Notes under the pieces: generated by a model
Database searches by the model: none
What the model was told of the DNA's origin: nothing
Seen by the model: the letters and a program-made list of their open reading frames with translations, nothing else
From: Actinopolymorphaceae bacterium
GTDB taxonomy: Bacteria > Actinomycetota > Actinomycetes > Propionibacteriales > DAIQRJ01
DNA: 64,000 nt
Direction of reading: 5' to 3'
NCBI GenBank assembly: GCA_036786375.1
Contig: DAIQRJ010000005.1
Span: forward strand, 80,635 to 144,634
Shown here: one piece after another, positions 1 to 9,382 of the stretch
Layout: the number at the start of each line of letters is the position of its first letter
Numbering within the stretch: position 1 is the first letter of the stretch
Program-made: the position numbers and the translations under genes

Positions 1-1
1 C

Positions 2-142
2 AAGAAGATCATGGGCGACGCCCCGATCGTGCCGCTGATCTACACCCGGAACTCGTTCCTGCACGGCTCGAACGTCGCCAACTTCTTCGTCGCGGCGTTC
101 CCGGCCTACCCGAACTACCTGAAGGTGTCGCTGAAGCAGTGA
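2..142 (+). CDS. C-terminal end of a probable ABC-transporter solute-binding protein (peptide family), 5-prime truncated by window edge
   Basis: The frame is open from the window edge to TGA 140-142 (..GDAPIVPLIYTRNSFLHGSNVANFF..YLKVSLKQ*). The stop overlaps the GTG of the next gene (GTGA). The family call rests only on position upstream of a Dpp/Opp-type ATPase and a short C-terminal pattern. Confidence 0.35.
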   Translation, partial: KKIMGDAPIVPLIYTRNSFLHGSNVANFFVAAFPAYPNYLKVSLKQ

Positions 143-1881
143 GCGGCACATCCGAGGTGATCCCACTCCCGGCAGGTACGACGCCGGGGGCGGGATCCCT
201 CGTGGTCGAAGGTCTCACGATCACCTTCTCCTCCGGCGAGCACCGGGCCGGTGACCGGCCCGCGGTCCACGACCTGTCGTTCACGCTCGAACCCGGGCGG
301 ATCCTCGCTCTGGTAGGGGAATCCGGATCGGGCAAGAGCGTCTCGGCGATGGCGACACTCGGCCTGCTGCCGGCCACCGCGACCGTCACCGGCAGCATCC
401 GGCTCGACGGCGAGGAGCTCGTCGGCGCGACATCTCAACGTCTGCGTGCCGTCCGGGGCGGCGCGATCGGCACGATCTTCCAGGAGCCGATGACGGCCTT
501 CAATCCGGTCTTCACCATCGGCTTCCAGATCGCCGAAGCCATTCACACGCACACCGAACTCGATCGCCGCGAGGTGCACGCGCGTGTGCTCGACCTGCTT
601 GCGTCGGTCGGGCTCGACGACCCTGATCGCGTGTCGTCGTCCTATCCCCACCAGCTCTCCGGCGGCCAGACCCAGCGGGCGATGATCGCCATGGCGATCA
701 GCTGCGACCCGCACATCCTGGTCGCGGACGAACCGACGACGGCGCTCGATGTCACTGTGCAGGCAGGGATCCTCGAACTGCTGCGCGATCTGCGGGATCG
801 CCTGGACATGGCGATCCTGCTGATCACGCATAACATGGGCGTCGTCGCGGACGTCGCCGACGACGTGGTCGTCCTACGTGACGGCGAGGTCGTCGAGCGG
901 GCGGATGTCGACATCCTGTTCGCCGATCCGCAGGCTGAGTACACACACGCACTGCTGGACGCCGTGCCCGAGCTGTCCGACATCGACGATGCGGCCGGTT
1001 CAGCAACTGCCGCCGGAAACGCGGCTGTCTCGTCGTTGCCCGTCCCGCGCGCCGGAATCGGCGACGCGGTGGTCGCCGACCTCACGCACGTGTCGGTCGA
1101 CTACACGGGAAGGCGGCGTTCGGTCGTGCACGCCGTGGACTCCGTGAGCCTCGAGATCCACGCGGGCGAAACCCTGGGCCTGGTAGGTGAATCCGGCTCG
1201 GGCAAGTCGACGATCGGCCGTGTCCTCGCCGGGCTCGCACCGATCGCGGGCGGGTCGGTGGTCGTCACAGGGCACGACGTGAGCAAGGCTTCGAGGAACC
1301 AGTGGAAGGAGGTCCGCCGCACTCTCGGGATCGTCTTCCAGGATCCGGCGTCGTCGCTGAACCCGCGGCAGACGGTGGGTACGAGCATCACCGAGCCGAT
1401 CGTGGTGCACCATCGCGACAGCCGCGGCGATCTCGACCGACGTATCGGCGGTCTGCTGGAGCAGGTCCAGCTGCCGGCCAGGATGGCGGAGCGGTACCCG
1501 CACGAGATGTCGGGTGGGCAGCGCCAGCGGGTCGCGATAGCCCGAGCGATCGCACTCGACCCCGACCTGCTCATTGCGGACGAACCCACGAGTGCGCTCG
1601 ATGTGTCCGTACAGGCACGCATTCTCGACCTGTTCCGTGAGCTCCAGGACCGGATCGGGTTCGCGTGCCTGTTCATCAGCCACGACCTCGCCGTCGTCGA
1701 GCAGCTCGCCGATCGGGTCGCGGTCATGCAGTCCGGCCGGATCATCGAGGAGGGGACGGCCGCGCGGGTTCTGCGGTCGCCGCGCAACCCGTACACGCGC
1801 CGGCTCCTGGCTGCCGCGCCGGTGGCCGACCCGGTTCGTCAACGGCTTCGGCGTGAGGCTTGGCGTCAGCTCGCCGGATGA
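139..1881 (+). CDS. Fused double ABC ATPase, oligopeptide/dipeptide (DppD-DppF type)
   Basis: 580-aa ORF with two complete ABC modules. Walker A GESGSGKS occurs twice, with signatures LSGGQTQR and MSGGQRQR and Walker B ILVADEPT and LLIADEPT. Confidence 0.9.
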   Translation: MSGTSEVIPLPAGTTPGAGSLVVEGLTITFSSGEHRAGDRPAVHDLSFTLEPGRILALVGESGSGKSVSAMATLGLLPATATVTGSIRLDGEELVGATSQRLRAVRGGAIGTIFQEPMTAFNPVFTIGFQIAEAIHTHTELDRREVHARVLDLLASVGLDDPDRVSSSYPHQLSGGQTQRAMIAMAISCDPHILVADEPTTALDVTVQAGILELLRDLRDRLDMAILLITHNMGVVADVADDVVVLRDGEVVERADVDILFADPQAEYTHALLDAVPELSDIDDAAGSATAAGNAAVSSLPVPRAGIGDAVVADLTHVSVDYTGRRRSVVHAVDSVSLEIHAGETLGLVGESGSGKSTIGRVLAGLAPIAGGSVVVTGHDVSKASRNQWKEVRRTLGIVFQDPASSLNPRQTVGTSITEPIVVHHRDSRGDLDRRIGGLLEQVQLPARMAERYPHEMSGGQRQRVAIARAIALDPDLLIADEPTSALDVSVQARILDLFRELQDRIGFACLFISHDLAVVEQLADRVAVMQSGRIIEEGTAARVLRSPRNPYTRRLLAAAPVADPVRQRLRREAWRQLAG

Positions 1882-1897
1882 TCACGCCGCCGACTGA

Positions 1898-3343
1898 TCA
1901 CGCTTCCGGCATGTACGGCTGATCACCGTATTGGCGTTGCAGGCGGACGAGTTCTGCTTCGAGGTCGGCTCTCGTCGCCTCGTACGCGTGATTGTCGGCG
2001 ACGTTGTGCAGCTCGGCCGGATCGGCGACGAGGTCGTAGAGCTCCCACGCGGGCGGGAAGATCTGCTCCGAGGAGCCGTCCGTCCCGAGACCTGCGTTAT
2101 AGAAGTAGACGAGCTTGTGCGTGCGGGTCCGGACTCCGTAGTGGGCGCGGACGTGATGGCTCGGATCGTCGTGTTCCCAGTAGCGGTAGTACATCGAGGT
2201 AGGCCAATCCGGCGGTGTCCGGCCGGCGAGGACATCGAGCATGTCCCGCCCCTGGGCTTGCGGCAGCTCGGTCGCAGCGTCGCATCCACACGCCTGCAGG
2301 AAGGTCTGGGCGAAGTCGGTGTTCGTGACCATGGCGTCGCTCACGCTCCCTGCCCTGACGACGCCAGGCCACCGCACGAGCATCGGCATCCGCAGGGACT
2401 GCTCGTAGATGAAGCGCTTGTCGTACCAGCCGTGATCGCCGAGGAAGAAGCCCTGGTCGGAGGTGTAGACGACGATGGTGTTCTCGGCCAGGCCGGAGTC
2501 GTCGAGGTGGTCGAGCAGCCGGCCGACGTTGTCGTCGACCGAGGCCACGCAGCGCAGGTAGTCCTTGATGTAGCGCTGGTAGTTCCATCGGGTTCGCTCG
2601 ACGATGGCATCGTCCCCCGTCAGCTCGGCCGGGACTTCCGCCTTCACGTCAACGGCATTGAGGTGAACGGCAACCCGCATGGTCGCCGCCCGGGCCGCAT
2701 CGGTGCGGGTCGCGTAGTCGTCGAACAGCGTGTCGGGTTCCGGAATGTCCACATCGGCGTATATGTCCGCGTGCGCGGCGTCGGGCTCCCACGGACGGTG
2801 CGGCGCCTTGTGGTGGACGAGGAGACAGAAGGGCTGATCATCCCGGAGAGTGTCGAGCCAGTCGAGCGAGAGGTCGGTGACGATGTTGGTGGCGTAGCCG
2901 GAGACCCGCGCGTGAACCGCCTGCCCGTCCGAACCGGCCGAGATCATCATCGGGTCGTGGTAGGCACCCTGACCTGGGAAGATGCGCCAGTCGTCGAAGC
3001 CCCGTGGGAGATTCTCGGGTTCGTGACCCAGGTGCCACTTGCCGAACAACGCGGTCGCGTAGCCGGCCTCATGCAGGACTTCGGGGAACGTCGGCAGCCG
3101 GTAGTCGAAGCCGGAGTAGATGCTGGGAACGCCGTTGAGGTGGCTGTAGGTGCCGGTGAGGATCGTCGCCCGGCTGGGTGAGCAGATCGAGTTGGTGCAG
3201 AAGACGTTGTCCAGCCGCATGCCCTCGTCGGCGATGCGATCGAGGTTGGGCGTCTGGTTGATACGGCTGCCGTAGGCGGAGATGGCGTGCGCGGCATGGT
3301 CATCGGTCATCACGAACACGAGGTTGGGTCGACGACTGTTCAC
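1898..3343 (-). CDS. Formylglycine-dependent sulfatase (arylsulfatase family)
   Basis: 481-aa ORF. The N-terminus LVFVMTDDH and the C-x-P-S-R motif in ..FCTNSICSPSRATILTG.. are sulfatase hallmarks. Confidence 0.9.
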   Translation of the reverse strand: MNSRRPNLVFVMTDDHAAHAISAYGSRINQTPNLDRIADEGMRLDNVFCTNSICSPSRATILTGTYSHLNGVPSIYSGFDYRLPTFPEVLHEAGYATALFGKWHLGHEPENLPRGFDDWRIFPGQGAYHDPMMISAGSDGQAVHARVSGYATNIVTDLSLDWLDTLRDDQPFCLLVHHKAPHRPWEPDAAHADIYADVDIPEPDTLFDDYATRTDAARAATMRVAVHLNAVDVKAEVPAELTGDDAIVERTRWNYQRYIKDYLRCVASVDDNVGRLLDHLDDSGLAENTIVVYTSDQGFFLGDHGWYDKRFIYEQSLRMPMLVRWPGVVRAGSVSDAMVTNTDFAQTFLQACGCDAATELPQAQGRDMLDVLAGRTPPDWPTSMYYRYWEHDDPSHHVRAHYGVRTRTHKLVYFYNAGLGTDGSSEQIFPPAWELYDLVADPAELHNVADNHAYEATRADLEAELVRLQRQYGDQPYMPEA

Positions 3344-3496
3344 GCCGGCGATCCTGCCACGCCCCGCGGCGAGCTGGCGGCGGGAACGCCGTACCGCCGG
3401 CTGGGCAGAACCCCGACTCGGCCGGTCGGCTGAGCGTGCACCGAGTGGCTCGGGAGGACTTCTGCCCAGCTGGCGGTACGGAGTCTGGCCGGCGGC

Positions 3497-3880
3497 CTAT
3501 CGCCACACGACGGGGAACGAGCCGTTCGACGTCCACGTAATCGCCGCGAGAGCGTCCAAGACAGGTTGCTGCGGCTGCCCGCACGCATCGACGGGGATCC
3601 GGGGACGGCAGGCGCGGCCGGCCTTGTCGACGACGGGGCAACGGATGACCCGCACGGGCACGAACCCGTTCGGCCGCGACCCGGCCCCGATCGCGCGGCC
3701 CTGGGCGTGGGCGAGGCCGGCACCGTCGCGTGGACATCGGGCTGCGACAATCGGTGCCGGCGCAACGTCGACCGTCGGGGTGACGCGAACCTCCGGCTGG
3801 AGCGCGGGGTAGGACCGCATGCAGCCGCTCGACACCACGGCGAGTACCGCGACCGACGCCGCGACCCTGAGGCCGATCAC
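3497..3880 (-). CDS. Hypothetical lipoprotein
   Basis: 127-aa ORF with a signal peptide and lipobox (..SVAVLAVVSSGC..). No family recognised. Confidence 0.45.
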   Translation of the reverse strand: MIGLRVAASVAVLAVVSSGCMRSYPALQPEVRVTPTVDVAPAPIVAARCPRDGAGLAHAQGRAIGAGSRPNGFVPVRVIRCPVVDKAGRACRPRIPVDACGQPQQPVLDALAAITWTSNGSFPVVWR

Positions 3881-3970
3881 CGGCTGCCCCCATCCACAAG
3901 CCCGAGCTGATGTGTCTGCTTCGACGCATGGGCCCGGACGAGGGTTCCCGTGCGCAGCCTCTTCCAGCCG

Positions 3971-4392
3971 TCACGCCGCCGCCAGGTAGATCCAGACCTC
4001 GCCACCAGTGTCGTCGATGGTGGCGCGGTAGCGCCTCGCGTCGACCGTCGTTTCGTACGTGGATTGCACCGCTCCGGCGGTCGCCTCGGGCGTGACGTCG
4101 GTCCAGCCCGTACGGGTGAACCCATCCGTCAACGCGGCCACGAGTTCGCCCGCTCTGGCCCGTTGTCGGGCTGGTACCGGCGCATTGCCGTCGCGGGTTC
4201 CCCCGACTGACATGAACCTGGTTCGTCGTCCGCGATAGTCGCGATCGCGGGAGTCTCGATGGTGTCGAAGACCTCGTCCACCCGATGGCCGGCAACGGGG
4301 CATCCGATCGGCGACACCGCGCAACCTGTCAGGACGACCGTCAACGCCATCCCCGCGAGAGTGCCGAATGCTTTGGCGGCGTTCACGTTCAC
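3971..4392 (-). pseudogene. Putative small lipoprotein gene with an apparent frame change (or two overlapping small ORFs)
   Basis: The frame of track ORF 4129-4461 gives a signal peptide plus lipobox (..AGMALTVVLTGC..) with GTG starts at 4392/4386. The frame ending at 3971 carries a clean C-terminus (..ELVAALTDGFTRTGWTDVTPEATAGAVQSTYETTVDARRYRATIDDTGGEVWIYLAAA*). The frame switch lies somewhere in 4140-4215. Confidence 0.3.
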
Positions 4393-4553
4393 AGTCCCCT
4401 CGTGGCCTCTGGCCGCCCAACGTCTCGGGCGTGTGTCCGTTTCCCGCACAGGATCCGACACCCGGCGAGTGACCGTTGTGTCGCTCAGAGTCCTTGCCTG
4501 GCTGAGAATTCTTGCTGAGCGGATTGTCGGTGGTCGGGTCTAGCGTTCTCACT

Positions 4554-5906
4554 ATGTCGATCACCACTCCACCTGATCTCGACCATCCGGTCCTGACCGC
4601 ACTGGAATCCGTAGTCGACGCCGTCACCCCGGTCAACACCCCCGGGGCCGTCGACTGGTGGCGGTTCACCGACAAAGAACGCCTCGCGGCTGTCAAACGC
4701 ATCCTCGAGGTCCGCGCCAGCATCGACGCGCTGGTGTCCCAGGCGATCGGGCACCTCGACCGCGACGGTGTCGCCGAACGCGAGGGATGCATCAAAACCG
4801 CCAACTGGCTCCGCACCACGAACCACCTGTCGTTGGGTGCAGCACGGCGTGAGGTCGCCGCCGGACGCGCGCTGACCGGACGGTTCACCACCACCGCCGA
4901 CGCACTCGCAACCGGGGAGATCTCTGCGGAGCAGGCGCACGCGATCGTCGGCACCCTCGACGAACTCCCACCCGAGATGTCCCCCGAGCGGGTCCAGGCC
5001 GGAGAGGCGACCCTGCTGGACTTCGCCCACCGGCTCGGCCCGAAAGAACTCGAGCGCTGTGCCCGCCACGTCCTCGACGTCATCGCGCCCGAACTCGCCG
5101 AACTCAAGGACGCCGAACGACTCGAGAGACAGGAGAAGGAGGCGCGCCGAACCCGGTTCCTCCGGTTCTTCAACGACGGCCACGGCGCGACCTACGGACG
5201 GTTCAAGGTGAGCATCGGCGACGGCGAAGCGTTGCGGGCGGTCATCGACGCGATCGCCAAACGTGACCGGATCGGCGACGACATCACCGCCGGCCACGGC
5301 GACCTCCGCACGATGGAACAACGCCGCGCGGACGCGCTGGTCGAGATGACGCACGCGTACCTGACCGACGGCAACGGCCCGGCGAACGGCGGCGACCGTC
5401 CCCGCGTCAACCTCCTTCTCGACTACAAGACCCTCGTCGACGGACTCGTGCCCGCCACCCTGCTCGACTCCGGTGAACAGATCAGCGCCCAAGAGGCACG
5501 GCTGCTCGCCTGCGACGCCGACATCCTCCCGATCGTCTGCAACGGCACGAGCCAACCTCTCGACGTCGGCCAACAACAGCGGCTGTTCGCCGGCGCCCTC
5601 CGCCAAGCGCTCGCTGTCCGCGACCGAGGATGCACGTTCCCCGGCTGCGACCGCCCGCCGCGGGACTGCGATGCGCACCACGTCAAACCCTGGTGGCACG
5701 GCGGCGACACCGCGCTGAACAACGGCACCCTCCTCTGCCGGTTCCACCACAACCAGGTCGAACCCCAAGACCGACGCGGCGTCCAGGAACACCAGCAATG
5801 GACCATGCGCATGAGCCTCGACGGCTACCCCGAAGTGATACCCCCGGCGTACGTCGACCCGCTCCAAGCCCCGAGACGACACGAACGATTCCCGAAACGC
5901 CAATAG
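4554..5906 (+). CDS. HNH endonuclease with DUF222-type N-terminal region (REP13E12-like family)
   Basis: C-terminal HNH motif ..RGCTFPGCDRPPRDCDAHHVKPWWHGGDTALNNGTLLCRFHHNQVE.. follows a long helical N-terminal region. ATG 4554 is preferred over TTG 4512. Confidence 0.85.
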   Translation: MSITTPPDLDHPVLTALESVVDAVTPVNTPGAVDWWRFTDKERLAAVKRILEVRASIDALVSQAIGHLDRDGVAEREGCIKTANWLRTTNHLSLGAARREVAAGRALTGRFTTTADALATGEISAEQAHAIVGTLDELPPEMSPERVQAGEATLLDFAHRLGPKELERCARHVLDVIAPELAELKDAERLERQEKEARRTRFLRFFNDGHGATYGRFKVSIGDGEALRAVIDAIAKRDRIGDDITAGHGDLRTMEQRRADALVEMTHAYLTDGNGPANGGDRPRVNLLLDYKTLVDGLVPATLLDSGEQISAQEARLLACDADILPIVCNGTSQPLDVGQQQRLFAGALRQALAVRDRGCTFPGCDRPPRDCDAHHVKPWWHGGDTALNNGTLLCRFHHNQVEPQDRRGVQEHQQWTMRMSLDGYPEVIPPAYVDPLQAPRRHERFPKRQ

Positions 5907-5944
5907 CCACGTCAGAGTTGGATATTCGCCGTCTCACGTCCCCA

Positions 5945-6403
5945 TCACGCGGCCGGCACCCGCCGATCACAGGATTGCCAGTTCTCGAACGACTGCCCTG
6001 TGATCGCGTCCACCAACCTGTAGTCGGTGCAGCTGAAGCCGGCCATCAGGACCTCGTAGACGCTGCGCGGCGGTAGATAGAACCTGGCGATCAGACGCGA
6101 CGGCTGGACGGACGGGCCATAGAGCATGACGGGTGCGTCGAACAGCGCGAACGCACTGTCGAATGGGATGCGTACGGGGGTGGAGGCCGGGACCGGCACG
6201 AGGTCGAGGCCGATGGTCCCCACGTGGACACCGCCCGGCGGCAACTGTCGCGGCTCGAACGGCCGTTCCATCACCTCGACCGGGAACGGCGGGACGTGCG
6301 CCGTCGCATGTACTGGCGACGCCGTTGCGAAGGTCGATCCGACGAGCGCAACCAGCAGCAGCGTGGGCCCGCAGGTGACGACACGAGCAGCGACGCGTGC
6401 CAT
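5945..6403 (-). CDS. Hypothetical secreted protein
   Basis: 152-aa ORF with an N-terminal signal peptide (..GPTLLLVALVGSTFATASPVHA..). No family recognised. Confidence 0.45.
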   Translation of the reverse strand: MARVAARVVTCGPTLLLVALVGSTFATASPVHATAHVPPFPVEVMERPFEPRQLPPGGVHVGTIGLDLVPVPASTPVRIPFDSAFALFDAPVMLYGPSVQPSRLIARFYLPPRSVYEVLMAGFSCTDYRLVDAITGQSFENWQSCDRRVPAA

Positions 6404-6551
6404 CGCCGCACCCCCTCGGGACCTCCAACGCTGGGCTCAGCCTCCGTCCCGCCCACCCACTCGTCAAGGCTGGACGGTGAGGAGGTGGAGAACCAGCAAA
6501 TCGTCCCGCGCCACATTTGGCAGACCGCAAATTCTCCTGCAAACTTGCGGT

Positions 6552-7910
6552 ATGACGCAGCTTGCCGACCCGATCGCGCCGCTCTCGCCGGAGGATCTCG
6601 TCCGTCCGTCCGACGTCCACCCGATCCTTCGGCGCAGCATGCTCGCCGACGGCTTCGACCTCGTCCTCGACATCGCGAACTCCCGCGGCTCGACCCTCGT
6701 CGACGCCCGCGACGGCACCCGCTACCTCGACCTCTTCACGTTCTTCGCGTCCAACGCGCTCGGCATGAACCATCCCGCGCTCGCCGACGACCCCGACTTC
6801 CGCGACGAGTTGCTGACCGCCGCACTGAACAAGCCGAGCAACTCCGACGTCTACAGCGTCCCGATGGCCCGCTTCGTCGAGACCTTCGCCCGCGTCCTCG
6901 GCGACCCGGCACTGCCCCACCTGTTCTTCGTCGAGGGCGGTGCGCTCGCCATCGAGAACGCCCTCAAGGTCGCCTTCGACTGGAAGAGCCGCTGGAACGA
7001 GGCACACGGCATCGACCCCGCCCTCGGCACGAAGGTGATGCACCTGCAGCACGCGTTCCACGGCCGCAGCGGTTACACGATGTCGCTCACCAACACCGAC
7101 CCGAACAAGACCGCCCGCTACCCCACCTTCGACTGGCCGCGCATTCCCAGCCCGGCCATCGGTGACAGCCAATCGCAGGCCGACCTCGAAGCCGCCGAGG
7201 CCGCGGCGCTCGACCAAGCCCGCGACGCCTTCGCCGCGTACCCGCACGACATCGCCTGCTTCATCGCCGAACCGATCCAGGGTGAGGGCGGCGACCGACA
7301 CCTGCGCGCCGAGTTCCTCCAGGCCATGCAGGCGTTGTGCCACCACCACGACGCTCTCTTCATCCTCGACGAGGTGCAGACCGGCTGCGGCATGACCGGC
7401 ACCGCGTGGGCCTACCAGCAGCTCGGACTCACCCCCGACGTCGTCGCCTTCGGCAAGAAGGTGCAGGTCTGCGGGATGATGGCCGGCGGCCGCGTGGACG
7501 AGGTCCCCGACAACGTCTTCCACGTCAGCTCTCGCATCAACTCCACCTGGGGTGGGAACCTGACCGACATGGTCCGCTCGCGCCGCATCCTCGAGGTCAT
7601 CGAGCGCGACGGCCTCATCGCCCGCGCAGCCGAGCTCGGCACCGCGTTGCTGGGCCGTCTGCACGACCTCGCCGACACCCACCCCGCCGTCACTGATGTG
7701 CGCGGGCGCGGGCTGATGTGCGCGTTCACCCTCCCCGACGCCGGCACCCGGGATGCCGTCATCGCCGCCGCCCGCGACGACGAGCACGTCATCATGCTGG
7801 GCTGCGGCGGAAACAGCATCCGGTTCCGCCCGGCGCTGACGGTGTCCGACGACGAACTCGCGCACGGCGTCGCCTCGATCGATCGCGCCCTCACCGGTCT
7901 GGGTCTGTGA
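6552..7910 (+). CDS. lat: L-lysine 6-transaminase (lysine epsilon-aminotransferase), class-III PLP aminotransferase
   Basis: 452-aa product from ATG 6552, in frame inside track ORF 6126-7910. Blocks ..FFASNALGMNHPAL.., ..NKPSNSDVYSV.., ..FIAEPIQGEGGDRH.., ..FDEVQTGCGMTGTAWAYQ.. and ..FGKKVQVCG.. are colinear with mycobacterial Lat as I recall it. Confidence 0.85.
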   Translation: MTQLADPIAPLSPEDLVRPSDVHPILRRSMLADGFDLVLDIANSRGSTLVDARDGTRYLDLFTFFASNALGMNHPALADDPDFRDELLTAALNKPSNSDVYSVPMARFVETFARVLGDPALPHLFFVEGGALAIENALKVAFDWKSRWNEAHGIDPALGTKVMHLQHAFHGRSGYTMSLTNTDPNKTARYPTFDWPRIPSPAIGDSQSQADLEAAEAAALDQARDAFAAYPHDIACFIAEPIQGEGGDRHLRAEFLQAMQALCHHHDALFILDEVQTGCGMTGTAWAYQQLGLTPDVVAFGKKVQVCGMMAGGRVDEVPDNVFHVSSRINSTWGGNLTDMVRSRRILEVIERDGLIARAAELGTALLGRLHDLADTHPAVTDVRGRGLMCAFTLPDAGTRDAVIAAARDDEHVIMLGCGGNSIRFRPALTVSDDELAHGVASIDRALTGLGL

Positions 7911-9382
7911 ACGGAGCGCACCGCAACCGCTGGGAGCTCCGCGCGGCGTTCGCGCGGTCGCTCTCGCAGATGTACGGGCGTGAGGTGCCCGAGTACACGA
8001 CCCTGGTCGAGGTCGCCGAACAGGTGAATGCCGACGTGCTCGCGCGTGACGGTGCGGCCGCCCAGCGTCTGGGCAGCATCAGCCGCGTCACCGCCGAACG
8101 CCACGGCGCGATCCGCCTCGGCACCCCGAGCGAGATGCGCGACGTCGCCCGGGTGTTCGACGCGGTCGGCATGTCCCCGGTCGGTTTCTACGACCTGCGC
8201 GACGCGTCGTCGAGTTCGGTGCCGGTGGTGTCGACGGCGTTCCGTCCGACCGACCGCGACGAACTGGCCCGCAACCCGTTCCGCGTCTTCACGTCATTGC
8301 TGACGGTCGACGACGAGCGGTTCTTCACCCCGGATGTCCAAGCGGGCTTGAACGAACGGCTGTCGCGCCGTCACCTGTTCGGACCCGAGCTGCTCGCACT
8401 CGCCGATCGCAGTGTCGCCGACGACGGCCTCGCCGAGGAGGACGCCGACCGATTCATCGAGCTGGCAACGGCGGTGTTCGAGCTCTCCACCGAGCCGGTC
8501 GATCGCGCCTGGTACTCAACCCTGGAAGCGATCTCCGGCGTCGCCGCCGACATCGGCGGGGTCGGCTCCACGCATATCAACCACCTGACACCACGGGTCC
8601 TCGACATCGACGAGCTCTACCGCCGGATGACGGAGCGGGGCGTCACGATGATCGACGAGATCCAGGGCCCGCAGCGCTGGGACGGACCGGACGTCCTGCT
8701 TCGGCAGACGTCGTTCAAGGCACTCGCCGAGCCACGGACCTTCGCCGAACCCGACGGAACCATCTCGACCGGAGCGTTGCGCGTCCGCTTCGGCGAGGTC
8801 GAGGCGCGCGGCATCGCCCTCACACCGAAAGGTCGCTCGCTCTACGACGCCCTGCTGATCGAGGTCGACCGCCGGCTTGCCGATCGGGGCGGCATCCGCG
8901 CCGACCACGCCCGCGACGTGTGGGCCGGATCGCTGCCGGACAACGAGGACGACCTCGACCGGTCCGGGCTCGGCTTCTTCGCCTACCGGCTGGCCGGCAA
9001 CGCGACCGCACGCATCGACCCCGCCGGCCGGACCCTCGACGAGCTCGTCGAGACCGGCGCCGTCATCGCCGATCCCATCGTGTACGAGGACTTCCTGCCC
9101 CGCTCCGCGGCTGGCATCTTCCAGTCCAACCTCGCCGACGCCGGCACCCGCAACAGCGACCTCAGCGGCGACAGTCGTGACCTGGCGTGGATGTCGGGGA
9201 TGCTGGAGCGTGAGGTGGCCGATCCGATGGACCTCTACGCCGCCGAACGTGCCCGATCGCTGCAGGCACTGTGCGATCGGTTCGGAACCGACCCGAACCG
9301 GCTGACCCGCACAACCGGCACGACCGGCTCCGCCGAACATCCGAACCGTCACTCGAGCACCACCGTCAAGGAGTCGATATGA
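7907..9382 (+). CDS. DUF1338-family protein, probable 2-oxoadipate dioxygenase/decarboxylase (HglS/YdcJ-like)
   Basis: 491-aa product from GTG 7907 (GTGA overlap with the lat stop). Patterns ..YGREVPEYTTLVEV.., ..HINHLTPRVLDIDELY.. and ..LRVRFGEVEARGIALTPKGR.. fit my recollection of DUF1338. The stop overlaps the next start (ATGA). Confidence 0.65.
   Translation: MNGAHRNRWELRAAFARSLSQMYGREVPEYTTLVEVAEQVNADVLARDGAAAQRLGSISRVTAERHGAIRLGTPSEMRDVARVFDAVGMSPVGFYDLRDASSSSVPVVSTAFRPTDRDELARNPFRVFTSLLTVDDERFFTPDVQAGLNERLSRRHLFGPELLALADRSVADDGLAEEDADRFIELATAVFELSTEPVDRAWYSTLEAISGVAADIGGVGSTHINHLTPRVLDIDELYRRMTERGVTMIDEIQGPQRWDGPDVLLRQTSFKALAEPRTFAEPDGTISTGALRVRFGEVEARGIALTPKGRSLYDALLIEVDRRLADRGGIRADHARDVWAGSLPDNEDDLDRSGLGFFAYRLAGNATARIDPAGRTLDELVETGAVIADPIVYEDFLPRSAAGIFQSNLADAGTRNSDLSGDSRDLAWMSGMLEREVADPMDLYAAERARSLQALCDRFGTDPNRLTRTTGTTGSAEHPNRHSSTTVKESI

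Noticed and set aside
3300-5173. Long overlapping ORFs (331 aa and 400 aa, minus strand; 176 aa, plus strand)
   Set aside because: Their composition is Arg/Pro/Ser-rich and non-protein-like. They overlap the better-supported lipoprotein and HNH genes. Only the last 80 codons of the 400-aa ORF look genuinely coding.
5967-7865. 632-aa ORF on the minus strand
   Set aside because: It lies antisense to the clearly recognisable lat gene. Its translation is Arg/Gly/Ala/Val-rich with no family features. This is the typical stop-free antisense frame of very GC-rich DNA.
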